Assembly: GCA_015680685.1 (NCBI GenBank)
Contig: MNCI01001065.1
Location: 74,857 to 138,856, forward strand
Reading direction: 5' to 3'
Source of the DNA: Gnetum montanum
Lineage: Eukaryota > Plantae > Gnetophyta
DNA: 64,000 bases
Part shown: positions 10,070-23,039 of the stretch, one piece after another
Layout of the letters: every line of letters starts with the position of its first letter
How positions within the stretch are numbered: position 1 is the first letter of the stretch
The notes under the pieces: generated by a model
The model's database searches: none
What the model saw: the letters and a program-made list of their open reading frames with translations, nothing else
Told to the model about the DNA's origin: nothing
Translations under genes and position numbers: made by a program

Positions 10070-12850
10070 AGGTTTTAGATAAGAATGATTGACCGAATTG
10101 ACCAACTCATTTCTATCCATGTTTGCAATCCTTAATGATCCATTATTGTATGCTCTAGTGATAAGGAATGATCATTCCCAATTGATCGAGAATTTATCCA
10201 TGTGTTTGTGGATAGCTTTGAGAACTAGGTCACCTTCTTTGATCTTACGCTTGGTCAAGTTATGGTGGTGCTACTATTTTTACCTCTTTTGATATTGCTT
10301 GATGTAAGTACTTCATATGTTACTTCTCCATCGAGTCTAGGTTCGTTGTTTACAACTCCTTACTTTGCTCATCATTGATGGAGTTAATCAAGGCCACTCG
10401 AAGTGATGGTATATGCAATTCAAGAGGTAAAATAGCTTTAGAACCATAAACCAAGCTATAAGGTATTATGCCAATTGTTGTACTATAGGCCCAAAGTGCA
10501 TGGACAAGTCGCTCATACCATTTATGCTTACTGTTATTGAGCATCTTCTTGGGCAAGTTTATGATGGCTTTGTTGCTTACTTCTGCTTGTCCATTGGCTT
10601 GAGGATAATAAGATGATGAGAAAGAATGCTTAATGCCTAAGTCATGATAGAAATCTTTTGTGTCTTGGCTACCAAATTATGGTTCATTATTTGTAACTAT
10701 GGTCATGGGTATGCCAAAATTGGCTATAATGTTATCCATGATAAATTTATAGACTTGTTTAGATGTAGTCTTCCTTAGGGGAATAGCTTCAACCCACTTA
10801 ATAAAGTCTTCAGTTGTGGTGGTGATCAAGCTATGCCCTGCAGAAGACTTAGGCATTATAAGCCTAATGATATCCAACCCCTATCATTTAAATGGGTAAG
10901 TTATCTGATTAGTATGCAACTCAGTCGATAGTACATGTATAAGCTTGTTATGCCATTGGCACATGTCACAATGCTAAAATTTTTGTAGGTAGTTTTTTTC
11001 CATATAGGACCAATAGTAGCCTAATTTTTTAATGTTAGTGATCATACTTCTAGGTCATATATGTCCTCTAAAAAAACCCTCATGAACCTGCTCTTGTTCT
11101 GACTTCAATTTTACCTAAGCACTTTAGCAATACGCCATCATAGGATCATCAACATAATGTGTTATCTCCTACAATGATGTACTACTTTGATCATTTATGT
11201 GCAACATCCTTTTGAGCAGTAGTTAGGGCTTGTGAAGGTTCACCATGCATAAGGTAAAATTTGATACCATCATACCTTTCCCTAGTGGGGGAAATATGAA
11301 CTATGACCACAAAGGTATCCTCAGCATTCTATGTTATGGGGATAGCACAATTCGTAGTTAAGATGGGCAACTTACTAAACACATCTGGCATAACAAGAAG
11401 GGCTAATGTTGCAATGGCATCAACTATGGCATTCTCATTTTGGGGTATTTTTTGGATATCAACATCCATAAATTGTTGTAACAATTACTTCCCTAGATCA
11501 CAGTAAGGTTGTAAGTATATGTCTTTACATGCATAAACCTTAGTTACTTGGTTAACCATAAGCTATGAATTGCCTTTAGTTGATAAGCATTTAATTGCTA
11601 GGTCATGAGCTATCATCATCTCCCTGAGAAAACCCTCATATTCTGCTATGTTGTTGGTACATGAAAATTCAAAATCATAGATGAAGAATTGGATTTCACC
11701 AGATGGGAATGTTATGATGGTAGTGGCACTAGCCCATGGGTAGTTGAAGCTTCATCAAAGTGCATGACCATATCACAACCCTCAAGTCATAAACCTACAA
11801 ATAAATTGTAATCTACCTTGTAATACTTAAAGTTCCTTAAGGTTGGTAGCCATTGATAATTTGGATATGGCCTTAACCTTATTAGGATCGACATGTATCC
11901 TTTCTTTAGATACTACAAAGTTGAGAATCTTATCGATCTTGATATTGAAGACACACTTCTTAGGGGTGAGCCTAAGCTCATACTTAAGGCATCATTTAAG
12001 CACAAGATCTAGATCATTAGCATGATCATTAGCCACTTTGCACTTATCGGCTATATTGTCCATGTAATCATTGAGCATACCTAACATGTAATTGTTGAGG
12101 ATATAGGTCATGGCTTATTGATACGTTGCCCCTACATTATTAAGGACAAAGGGCATCATAGTATAACTAAAGGTACCCTAAGGAGTCATGAAGGTCATGC
12201 TAAGTTGATGTTCTAGGTTAATCCTAATTTGATTGTATCTTAAGAATCCATTCATAAAGGACAATAAGGCATGTTTGGCCATAGTATTGATAAGTTGATC
12301 AATACTAGAAAAAGGGAAGTCATGCTTGATGGTTGCTTTAAAGGTCTTCGAAATTGATGCAAATATGGATACTCCCATTCTTCTTGGGGGCTACCACTAT
12401 GTTGGATACTCATTTTTCATAGTCAACAGCCTAGATGAAACCTACTTGGTAGAATTTTAAGATCTCATCATGAACTGCTAAGGCCAAATCAAGTCTAATC
12501 CTGTGCACATTTTGCTTAACTGGTCTAATGCTAGGATCTAGACTTAGCATATCCTCATATGACCAAGTAAATACCTTAATGTTACCTTGTAGGACCTTGG
12601 TGATGTCTTTAGCCTATTGAAATTCTAGTGAGAAACTTAGTTTTAGTGTTTTCTCCTCATGATTGTGTGTTGTGATAGGAATCTCAACTAGAGGATCTTT
12701 GGTTATGTCTCTCACCTCTAATTTAAGGGTTCTAAATAGGTTTTTAGGCCATTCTAGAGGTTTCTCTATTGAGGCTACGCAGTCAACAAGATCCTTAGGC
12801 TCAAGATCCAAGAAATCAGGGTTCATATACTATTCAACATCACCATGAGG
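10070..12850 (-). pseudogene. Element A: Ty3/gypsy Tat-type pol relic, RT - (RH missing) - archaeal-like RNase H - integrase
   Basis: RT: HDFPFSSIDQLINTMAKHALLSFMNGFLRYNQI and HVDPNKVKAI. aRH ~11770-11390: FEFSCTNNIAEYEG and NAIVDAIATLA. INT: FIKWVEAIPL, FGIPMTIV, YYPQANGQAEVSNK, WYERLVHALWAY, PYSLVYGSKAILPLE and IKEGDLVL. Confidence 0.9.
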
Positions 12851-13549
12851 TCCACTTAAGCTCAAAGGTAGATTGATCTACTCTTAGGTACTCGTAATTT
12901 AGTCTTTCATGTCAACCATAAGCACATTAAGTGGCACATGTGTAAATATGAATAAATACTGCTAAAAGGCTATGAAATTATACAAAAATATGCTACTATA
13001 ATGCCAAACAAATGCAAATGGGATCATATAAGATCATAAACAAAAAGGTGGAGATAAGTAAATGTAATGGAATAAAGGCTAAAGCAAGGGTAAAACAAGG
13101 GTACAAGCTTTCTAAATTTAGGCTCAAGTGGGCCATGATGCCAATTTAGAGTCTTCACGGACTATGATGCCAGTTTAAGGCCTTAGTGGGCCATGGTCAC
13201 ATGGTGCCAAATGGTGGTCAAGGAAGGTCAAGCCCCACTATTTGATACCAATAAAAGGCTAAACACAAGCAAATAAATAAAATATAAGGCTATGTAAAGT
13301 CCATACTAGGTCAAGAAGGTCAAAAATGCCACACAATGCCAAAAACAAGTCGAAACATCATGTAATAAGGCTAAATCAATCAAAAAAGGTGACATTTGGT
13401 GAAACTTGGCTAATATACATCAACAAGATTAGTTTTTTCCAATTTTAGTTCTTAATGGTCCATGGTTTGAGGCTACAAGACTATTAGGTAAGTTTGGGCA
13501 TCAATCAAAGCTATTTCTAGGCTATTTGGGCCTAAAAATCAAGGGTTTT

Positions 13550-16500
13550 AATGCTTCCATGCTAGACTCCCCTTGTTTCCACACTGGCCTACATGGAAGA
13601 GGTGGCTCTTAGCATGGAGGAAACATCTAGTGGATTTTCAAGGTTTATTGTTACTAATTTTTAACTCTTGGTGGCTTGTATGTCAATGTAGTTAACTAGG
13701 GAAGGTCATAGGATAATTTTGACACTTATTTCAACCTCTAGAACCTTCCTTTTCAACCTAAAAGCATCTTCCATGCTAGCTAACATGGAACCCACATGGA
13801 GACTGAGGAAAACATGTTCCATTACATCCAAAGCGTTAAAATTAGGATTCTAGGATCTTCCTAAGGTAGAGTAGGGCTAGATTTGTTAAAATTGGTCACT
13901 TCAAGGGTCACAAAAGGCCAAAAGGTAGGTCTTAAAGTCATAACCCCTATCTCCATGCTAGCCAATGTGGATTAGCGGGGGAGGGGGAGGGGGAGGGGGA
14001 GCACTCAATGTAGAGGATTCAAATATGGGCTAAAACAAGTGAAATAGGGTTACATGAATAACCAAAACCAAGATATGGCATTTGTGCATATCCTAATTAC
14101 ATTTTTAGGCCATTTGGACAAGGTTTTGAGGGTTAAAGCAAGTTTGAAGAAGTCTCCATGTTGGATACATGATGGTCAACATGGAGCCAACATGAAGTAG
14201 AAGTGGAACTCTTTCTTTTTTTTCTTAGGATGATTTGGAAAGAAAATTAATAGGTTTCCAAGCCCCTAGGGTTGCAAACTATGATTTCCTAAGTTTTTGG
14301 CTAGTTTTGATTACGTTGGAAGGTTGTTTAAGTCTATGAAAGGTCATACCCACGTTGATCCATGTTGGGGGGGTTGCTTTGACATGGAAGAATGGACTGG
14401 GTGGGATTTGAGGATTAAAATAAGGTCAAACAAGCACAATATTAAGGCTATGAGGTCTTAGGCTTTCTTGATGTAGGTTCTTGATCTCCTAGAGTGTTGA
14501 TTTGTTTTCTAAGGGAAAAAGGTAGCTCTTCCATATTGGCTCTACACTAGCTAGCATGGAAGAAGAGGTTCCTAGCTTGGAAGAATCATAGATCATAGAT
14601 CTAGGTCAATTTCAACAATAATCAACCATGCATGTGTGCTCCTAGGGTTTTCGATGTTCAGGGTTAGGGTTTAGGATTAAAATTAATTATTTTAAATGAC
14701 TTTTGAGTGGTTTTATGGCTTACCTTCTTAGTTTGACACTAGACAACATGGAACCAACTAGAAAGATCAAAAGGGATCAACTTTTGGCTATGTTTGGTCT
14801 ATTTATTAACGTTTTAAGGATGTAAAGGATGTTGGCAGGATTCTAAGGTGCATGCAAGATCATATGATGTAATTTTGAGGTGTTTATGAGCCCCAAATAA
14901 GCCCTCCTCTCAGTCTCCATGCTATCTCAACACTACCTAGCATGGAACTAGCTAGAAAGAATAGAGGGGATCAATTTTTGCTATTTTAGGTCAATTATAG
15001 CTATGCATGTATAGTTCCAATGTTATGGGTATTGATAATCAAGGCCTAAGGTTAAATTTTGTCAATTTCAAGGTTTTTCAATAGTTTTTTGGCTTACCCC
15101 CTTAGTTCTGGGAAGACCTTAGGGGGTTTATTTTTGGTCATATTTGATCATATTAAGTAAGTATGGTGAATTTTAGAAGTGCTAGGTATAAGTAATTTTA
15201 CAATATTTTGATGCATTTATGATCTCCCATGGACATTCCTATATGCATCCATGCTAGCTCCATACGGGGTAACATGGAAAAGATGAGTGCTTAGTGTGGA
15301 GGCCAAAAAACTCATGAAAAATGATCATTTCTGATAANNNNNNNNNNNNNNNNNNNNNNNNNNNNNNNNNNNNNNNNNNNNNNNNNNNNNNNNNNNNNNN
15401 NNNNNNNNNNNNNNNNNNNNNNNNNNNNNNNNNNNNNNNNNNNNNNNNNNNNNNNNNNNNNTGCCCTTTTCCCCCCCCCCCCCCCCCCTTCTCCATCCAT
15501 GAAAGCTCTATTCTAGCATGTATGTATAGGATCTCCCACCAACATCGATGAACTTGGAGTCAAGTTTTACACCACTTTTGATAAGTTTTGATAGTGTTTT
15601 GAAGCTTCTAAGGTTGTAGAGGATTAAGGGTCATGATTCAGTGTCGAAATTAATTATTTTGGAGGCTCCTAGGTGGCCATGAAGTTATCCTCCCTTTTCC
15701 CCATGTTGGGTAGGGTGTCCTCAATGTGGAAGGGAGGGGGTGATGAATTCTTATCATTTATTGACTAGTTGTGTAATTTTTGAAGGCTTTGAAAGACTCC
15801 AAAAGGGTATGGAGGTTACTAGGGTAGGTCATTGGCCTATTTTTGGCTATGAAGAAGGTTGTATTGCATACCCCCAGGGAATCCATGTTGGCAAGCATGG
15901 AGAGGGGGTTAACCAATGAGGAAGAGCTTCAAGGATGGAAACTAACTCAAACTTTAGCTACTATAGACTATCGGAGGTCATGGAGAAGCATTTGAGTTTT
16001 TAAGGTGAAGACTAGGTTATACCCCTTGAGCCTCCATGCTCGGAAATATGGAGGGAGGATTTACCAACATAGGAAGCTAGGTACAAATGTTTCATATACT
16101 TTCAACTAAGTTTGATGAGGTTTTAGGGCTACTGGGAGTGTCTAGAGGGGTTTGAGGCCATGTGAGCCTACTCCGACAGTTAGCTCTAGGCTTGATGGGC
16201 TTTGGGAAGCGTGGATGTTACCCCTGGCTCTACACAAGGCTCCATACTGGGTAGTGTTTCCCTAGCATGGAATCCTAACATGGCTATATTTATCAATACC
16301 TAGCCCCCTTTAAGAGCCCAAGGTTGGATGAGGTGAATCACGACTAGCCAAAATGGTAAGGGAGTTAATGTGGGAGCATTGTAAGGCTATAGAGGTTGGT
16401 TTTCCACACTGGCTCCATCCTACCTAGCATGGATACAAGGATGGATGAGTTGTGGTAGGGTTGTGGATGGTCTAAGAAGTCAAATCCCCAATGTTCATGG

Positions 16501-16900
16501 AGTTTTTAATCATGCATGAGGGCATATGGTGGGGCTGACTATTCAAAATTCAAAAATTTAAACTTAAGCTTTTGTTTTCCACCATCCCCAGTAAAGGAAA
16601 GACTTTCCTCCCCTTACATTTTAGTGCACTTTGAGTTCTAGTGCACAAAAATGGCAACAGGAGTGTGTGTGGAAATGTTTAGGTTTATGTTTGGTTTTTA
16701 TTATTGGTTTTGCAAAGTTTTGGTCACAACCTATCATTCTCCATCACAACACACTTTCTAGAGCTCTAGTAGAGATTATAGCTATCAACCCTCATTAATC
16801 GTCAACATGGAAGCCCTATATCTTCCTTCCAAGTTGCATAGAGGTTTCAATTTCCTTAGTTTCCAACCTTCTTCAATGCTAGTGCAACAATGATGAAACA
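13550..16900. repeat. Retroelement non-coding region with dispersed, often palindromic CTCCATGCTAG / CTAGCATGGAG motifs
   Basis: Many degenerate copies, e.g. at 13556, 13770, 13951, 14550, 14916, 16033, 16260 and 16420. Confidence 0.55.
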
Positions 16901-18399
16901 TGGAGATAGTAGCAAAAACCCAAAGATTTGTGCCACTGATGAAGCATCTAAGAACATCTCCTACCTACCTAGGCCAATCACTATCCAAGCATCCTCCTTG
17001 CTAACTCCCAAGTATGTCATCCATTACTATTTTCTCTAAATTTTGAGCCATTTTGATGCTTTTTTAGTTATGAAAAGGCCATTTTCATCAAACATACTTG
17101 AAATGGCTTGATGTAATTGAATTCTAAAGAAATCCTATGTCATATCTTGTCTCTTTTTACATGCATCTAAGGTTTTTTGTTCATTCAAGCCTTGGTAGAT
17201 TTGATTTTTGAAATAGGCTTGCTTTTTGTATGCTTTTTTGTAAAAAACTTGGAACTGGAGCCATTTTTCTTAGATCTAGGTTGCAGGACTTGTCAAAATT
17301 AAATTTCAATAAAATCCTATCCACTATTTTTGTGTGTTTTATGGTGGGTTTAAGTTGGTTTGATCATTTTAGCTGTAATCCATGGCTAAATTTAATTAGG
17401 TTTTACTAGTTTTGTGTTTTCTAAGTGCTTTTTTGATGCAAAGAGTAGGGAAAGTTATGAATTTTTTTCTAAGAAAAAAATTTGATGTTGGCAAAATCTA
17501 AAGTTATGGGGTTTTAGGATTATGTTTAGGCTTTCCAATGGCTATGGTCTCATTTGATTTGGATTTATAACGATGAAGTTTATGAATTTTTTTGAATAAA
17601 TTTCATGGGTTTTGAATTTTTATAAGTTTGGGTATGTAGAGCTCGATTTGAGCTTTGAAACCGTGGTGGAATAACTTTGTTTGGTGCACAATCAAATTTT
17701 TGGAAAATTTTTTACCAACCCTACATGAAGGGGGATTTATGTTGATGGCTATAGTTGTGAAAATTTGGATATCGTTCATGTAAGATTGGTTATTTATTTT
17801 TGATTGTATTGGCTATGGCTAAAACACTTATGATTTCAAGATTCCTTCAATGGAAAAATCACCAAAATTAGAGCTTTGAGAAATTGTTTATGAATTTTTG
17901 ACTATGGTTGTGTTAATTAGGCTTAATTCTGGTTGTATCACTTTAACCCTTGGAGATGAATGTTATTGACATGCTTAGAGATTCCTCTTGCTAACTCCTA
18001 TCACCTTGGTGGTGCCTAAAGATGTAAACTATGTTTTAAACTTGGTTTCATGAGAAATAGAAATTTTTACTATTTTTAGTAGGCTTTCTCCTATGGCCAT
18101 TTTTCTAGGTTTTAGTGTGTTTTTTAAATTAATGTATGGTTTGGATTAAGGCATACCTTTGGCTATGATGTTTGGGCTATAATATTTTGGCTATGATGTC
18201 TTGGTTATAAAGGTTTAATGGCTATGAAGGTTGTAAACTGGTTGTTGTCAAATCTCTAAATAAATTTTGATAAACACTTTAACGTTTTTTATAGGGGCTG
18301 ATTTCGTCCTTGACTAAGGTGTTTTATGAAATTCATAAGGAAATTCTAAGCATTGACACATGATCCTAACAATGCTTATATCTTCCCCCTGCAGGGTCA

Positions 18400-20600
18400 T
18401 GCTAAATCTCATTTTCATCATGGTTGAGTTGGTTGGCATCTTATGTTGTATCGACTAGCCCAAAGCCAACACACCTCTCCTTGACATGGACCTAGAGAAG
18501 GGGTTACTATGGTTCCATTTAGGGGCAAGGGAATTCCTTGCCTACTTTCTATAGAAATTTAGTGTGATGATGTGACCACACTTATTTGTAGAGGTGGCCA
18601 GGGTCATAGTGGAGACCCTGTTGCCTGGGTCTATGTGGTTGGTTGCTTGGTTCATAATCGATGATTAAGAGACTTGAGCAGTAGGAGAGATAGTGGAGAT
18701 GAAGGACACCATCATTACTCATTACCTTTTAGACATCTAGAAGATGCTAGAGTATTCTCAATACAACATCAATAATACTCTAATGGTGGTGCAAAGAGTC
18801 CACTCCCGATTCCAAAATCCTCCAAGCACCATTTACTGATTACAGGGGTAACCATGGCTATTATAGGTTTTAATGTTTTAGCTTTATTTAATTTGGTCAT
18901 CTTTCCTAACTTGTCAATTTTACACACATCTTTCAAGCATAGGGTTAATGAGTAAGGCTTGATCAAGAATGATCAAATCTTGATGATAACCCACACCACA
19001 TTGAGTGAATTTACCAAAGGCCCCAACATCAAACATGTCATTTTATTATAGCTAAGGATTGACTTTGATGAATACCCTACCAGATTTGACCTCGTTTACA
19101 AGAAGTATGTGGCTGCCAAAATAGTGCACAACTAGTGGGCAATCCCTAAGGTCATTAGAGATATGGGCATCACTACTAGAAGCCTCGCACGAGTTTAGCC
19201 AAGTAAGAAGAAGAAAGGTGAGAAAAAGAATGGTTTTCTATGTTATGTCTAAGGTTTTATAGCTATTTGGGTCTTAAGCATTCTATGGTCTAAATGTAGA
19301 TGAACTGATGATAAGCATTTAGTTTTGGCTTCTAGGACCCTCCACTTCTTCTGATCTCACTATACCCCTTACCAAATGTTCCACAATACTCTCTTCCTAA
19401 AGTTCAGGGAGGTGGGGCTAGCATAGGAGTGGTTGAGGGGGTAGGCATTTGAGAAGATCTAGATAAACATCATGCTTATAGGTTTGCTCAAGGTCCTTAT
19501 GGTGCCTAGCCCTATTGTCCCTTCTGTAGAGATGTTGAACATCATCAACTCCTTCGACATAGGAGCTGATGTGTTCTGTACCATAATGTGAGGCATATCA
19601 ATTACCATTGCCATCAATGAGGCTACCTTTCATGACTTATTTGGTGTTTCCACTGATGGGATAGTAGTTTCCATGAAACCAATGAAGGAGGCTAGCCATC
19701 ATAAGAAATTTGAGAAGTGGTTTGGTGCCATCAAGGGTTACTTAAGACCTGCTTTTGAGGGCTTCACCCTAATGCAAGGGAGTCCTATCCCTTAGTCTCA
19801 GGCCTTTCCTAAATTGTTGTTCCAAAAGCAGGTAATTGATATAGCATAGAAATGAACCTTTAAGAAGGTCTTGATGGAGGGAACTTATTTTAACTAGGTT
19901 GCTTCCTTAGCTATTTGCCTGAAAGAGGAAATCCTCAAACTCCATAAGGACCCATCTACGACAGTCCACATGCACTATGCATTTTTTGTAGGTTATCTGA
20001 AGAGGTTTGTAGAATTTTTTGTGGTGAGGAGAAATGAATCATGGGTGTGCTAGGACACAAAATTACTCTCCAAGGCTTGGATAAAACATCTTTATCCAAC
20101 TATTTAGGCTTAAAACCCACCAAAGTACATGGGAGACTCATTGTCTATGACCATCAAGAACCTTGCTATCAGTCGATGTGAATCCCCTAATAGCATCAGG
20201 GAAGAGCCTCTTACATTCTTGATGAACATTCAAAGAGCTCAATAGTTGTTTGTCGATGCTAATGGGGTAGCCAAGGTCAATTTGAAATGACTAGCTAAGG
20301 AGGCACCACCAACATCAAAGCCATCCTCTAAGCAAAGGATCATCTTTAAGATTCCTCACTTAGATTAGGTAGTCACAAGTATGCTTTAACTATTTTCTTC
20401 ATGTTTTTGGCTATGTTATGTCCTATGGCTACATGAGCTAACTTTCCTAATAGGTTATGGCTATACGTCAGCGGAAAAACTTAGCAACTCAAGCTATCAC
20501 TATGAAAGAAGAGCAAAGGCAAGCAAAGGAGGCACACAAATGTGTACAAGAGGAGCAGCAGAGGTGTATAGCTATTGTGGTAGAGGAGGCATAAGGGTTA
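18400..20600 (+). pseudogene. Degenerate retroelement accessory ORF region (plant transposon protein / env-like type)
   Basis: Coding-like frames with stops: LLDMDLEKGLLWFHLGAREFLAYFL.., ISITIAINEATFHDLFGVSTDG.., LMEGTYFN*VASLAICLKEEILKLH, and a C-terminal E/K/Q-rich stretch. Confidence 0.45.
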
Positions 20601-20816
20601 CCAAGGTTACAACATGTAAATTTGGTGGTGTTTCAACTAAGCTCTTAGATGAAGAAAATTGGAAAGTACAACTAGCAACATAGGTGGATATAACTGCTTT
20701 ATTTTGCTAATATTGAGGATTTTAATATGATTCTTACACTAATTTATTTAGATTTTTCGAATCCAATTTATAAAAAATCTTGTTAATTTACCAATCCAAT
20801 CCGATTTTTCAATCTA

Positions 20817-22705
20817 TGATAAAAATCACATTTGCATTAGCATGCACCTTATTAGATGTTCTAGTTATTTGTATGCATATATATATATATATTTGATTTT
20901 AGAAGATTAGAAAACCTTAGAACCTACATGCAATAGTAAACACTAGGAGCAATAACATTTTGAAATAGGCTTCCATCATAGAAATAAAAGAAACAAGGAA
21001 TATTATGAATGCATTATAGTTCTAGTAATTATGGGTGATGGCAAGTTATTGTTTTGATGAATATTTTTCCTTCTTGCTTCTTGAGATTACATAATAGATG
21101 TAGGTGTTTCTCCATTTCTACAGCTCTACTTTCATTTGTTTTACCAACAATGATTTTCCTTTTGTTTTATTTATTTTATTTTACTTGATTATCCATTTGT
21201 ATTAAAAAAAAGTAATGTTCCTACCCTAGCTAGGTGAAGCTTATGGGATTGTAGATTGGTAAACACACAACAACTATTGCTACAATAACAAATGAAAGTA
21301 TGTCAAGAAATATTTTTACTATGATTAGCCATGAGAGACAAAAGGGAAAGGCTACATTTATTGAGCAATGTTAGCCCTGGTTTCTATGATCCTTAGTTTA
21401 AACAAAATAACTTTGTTGTAAATAATGTTATAATTACATTAGGAAAACGTTGCAATGTCTTTAACTTTGTCTCTTTTAGAGGATGCATCAAGAATTTCTT
21501 TACCAATTACTAACATTTTAGTTATTGTATGAGTAGTTATGTAATAATGAAGCATCTAGTATTCTCTCCTTTTCTTATGAATAGTGATCTTGCTTTTAGT
21601 AATGTTGGTTTTACACACAAGTTTAGAAATTGATGAAATGGAGGGAGTTAAAAGGTTTTGGGATACTAATAGTTTAGAGGAACAAAACTGTAAAAAGCAA
21701 AAGGTACTAGTAAGGAAGTAGGAAGCGAAGGAGGAAGACTAGGATCTTTTAGAGATGTGAAGCTCTCATCTACCAAAATGAGATAATTTTTTTCTACCTT
21801 ATGTTAATCCATATCTAAGAGGAGAAGATAGAAGGAACATCTTGATTAATCTTCCTCCAAAGTTAGATTCCATTATCACACCTAGAACATCCCCAATTGT
21901 TGTATCCCTTTTAGAATAATTTTGATTTTTAGAAACTCAAGAAGAGAAGATCAAGGTTGATCTTTACCTTAATCAGGAGTTTTACAAGCAACTTTTAGTG
22001 GATTAGAAGATTCATAGCACAAACTTATTAAAGGAGATGCGCCTCTTGTAGGCACAAGCAGACAAGTTGGTAGAAGAAGTTGTTTAATTTTAAGGACTAG
22101 TGGAACAAATTAGAATATCTTTAAAGGGATAAGTTATATATATATATATGGTTTACCCAATTATTTTTTATTTTATTTTATTATCCTGTGAAATTTTGAG
22201 ATCTATAATTTATGAATTTCTTAACTGTGAGAAACTATGCAAATTTGATTTTAGTCTTGACTATGATCATGATCTAAGCTTTGTTTATTTAGTGCTTTGT
22301 TATTTTCAGAATTTATTTAAGTTTAGTTTATTTCCTTTTATTAAAAAACTTTATTATCCATTTACATTTAAATGTTTTTCTCCTATATTAGTTATTTTAA
22401 TTTTCTGTATATTGATATTTTGATGTTAAATTAAATCTGTGATTCTCATTTAGAAAATTTTATGTTGGTTATGCCATCTTTAATATTTTAGCATACACTT
22501 TATATTTTAATCATAATAATGAACTCAAAAAAGTTTTCTTTTAAGAATTAATTTTTGGTTTAAGATTTTAAACACTATATTACTCCTAACCATATGAGAC
22601 TATTCTTGAGTTTCTGTAGCCATATGGGAGACACCCTAGGCAATATTATGTCTAAACAAGTTTTTAGAAGGATGTTGTTGTGTGACCAAAATTTATACCT
22701 CAACA
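20817..22705 (+). repeat. Element D 5' terminal repeat (LTR or 3' region+LTR)
   Basis: Colinear with 54458-56480 from TGATAAAAATCACATTT to CCAAAATTTATACCTCAACA. Confidence 0.85.
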
Positions 22706-22716
22706 TCCCTTATTTC

Positions 22717-22734
22717 TGATGCTACAAGAAGGGC
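22717..22734 (+). promoter_or_regulatory. Degenerate primer-binding site (tRNA-Asn type) of element D
   Basis: TGATGCTACAAGAAGGGC versus the intact TGGCGCTAGAAGGAGGGC at 61852. Confidence 0.7.
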
Positions 22735-23039
22735 TTGTTTCAGTTTTATTGGTTTTCTATTTTTTAGTTTAATTTGGTTGTCCTTACCTTAGTTCTAACT
22801 TTGGTAAGATGATTTGTTTTAATCAACGTCATTTTATTTTAAGTTTACTTTTATAAAATTATACACTTAATATTTTATCTATTAGTTTTAAGAATATAAA
22901 CTACTTTTCTATTTAATTTAATTTTCCAATTTAGCAACATTTACATTTCCTAGTCTATTCATTTCATGAGCAAAGAAAGTTCTCGTGGAACATTTCATAT
23001 AAGACCTCTTATCCCTAATCCTAACTGACCTTTTATTCA

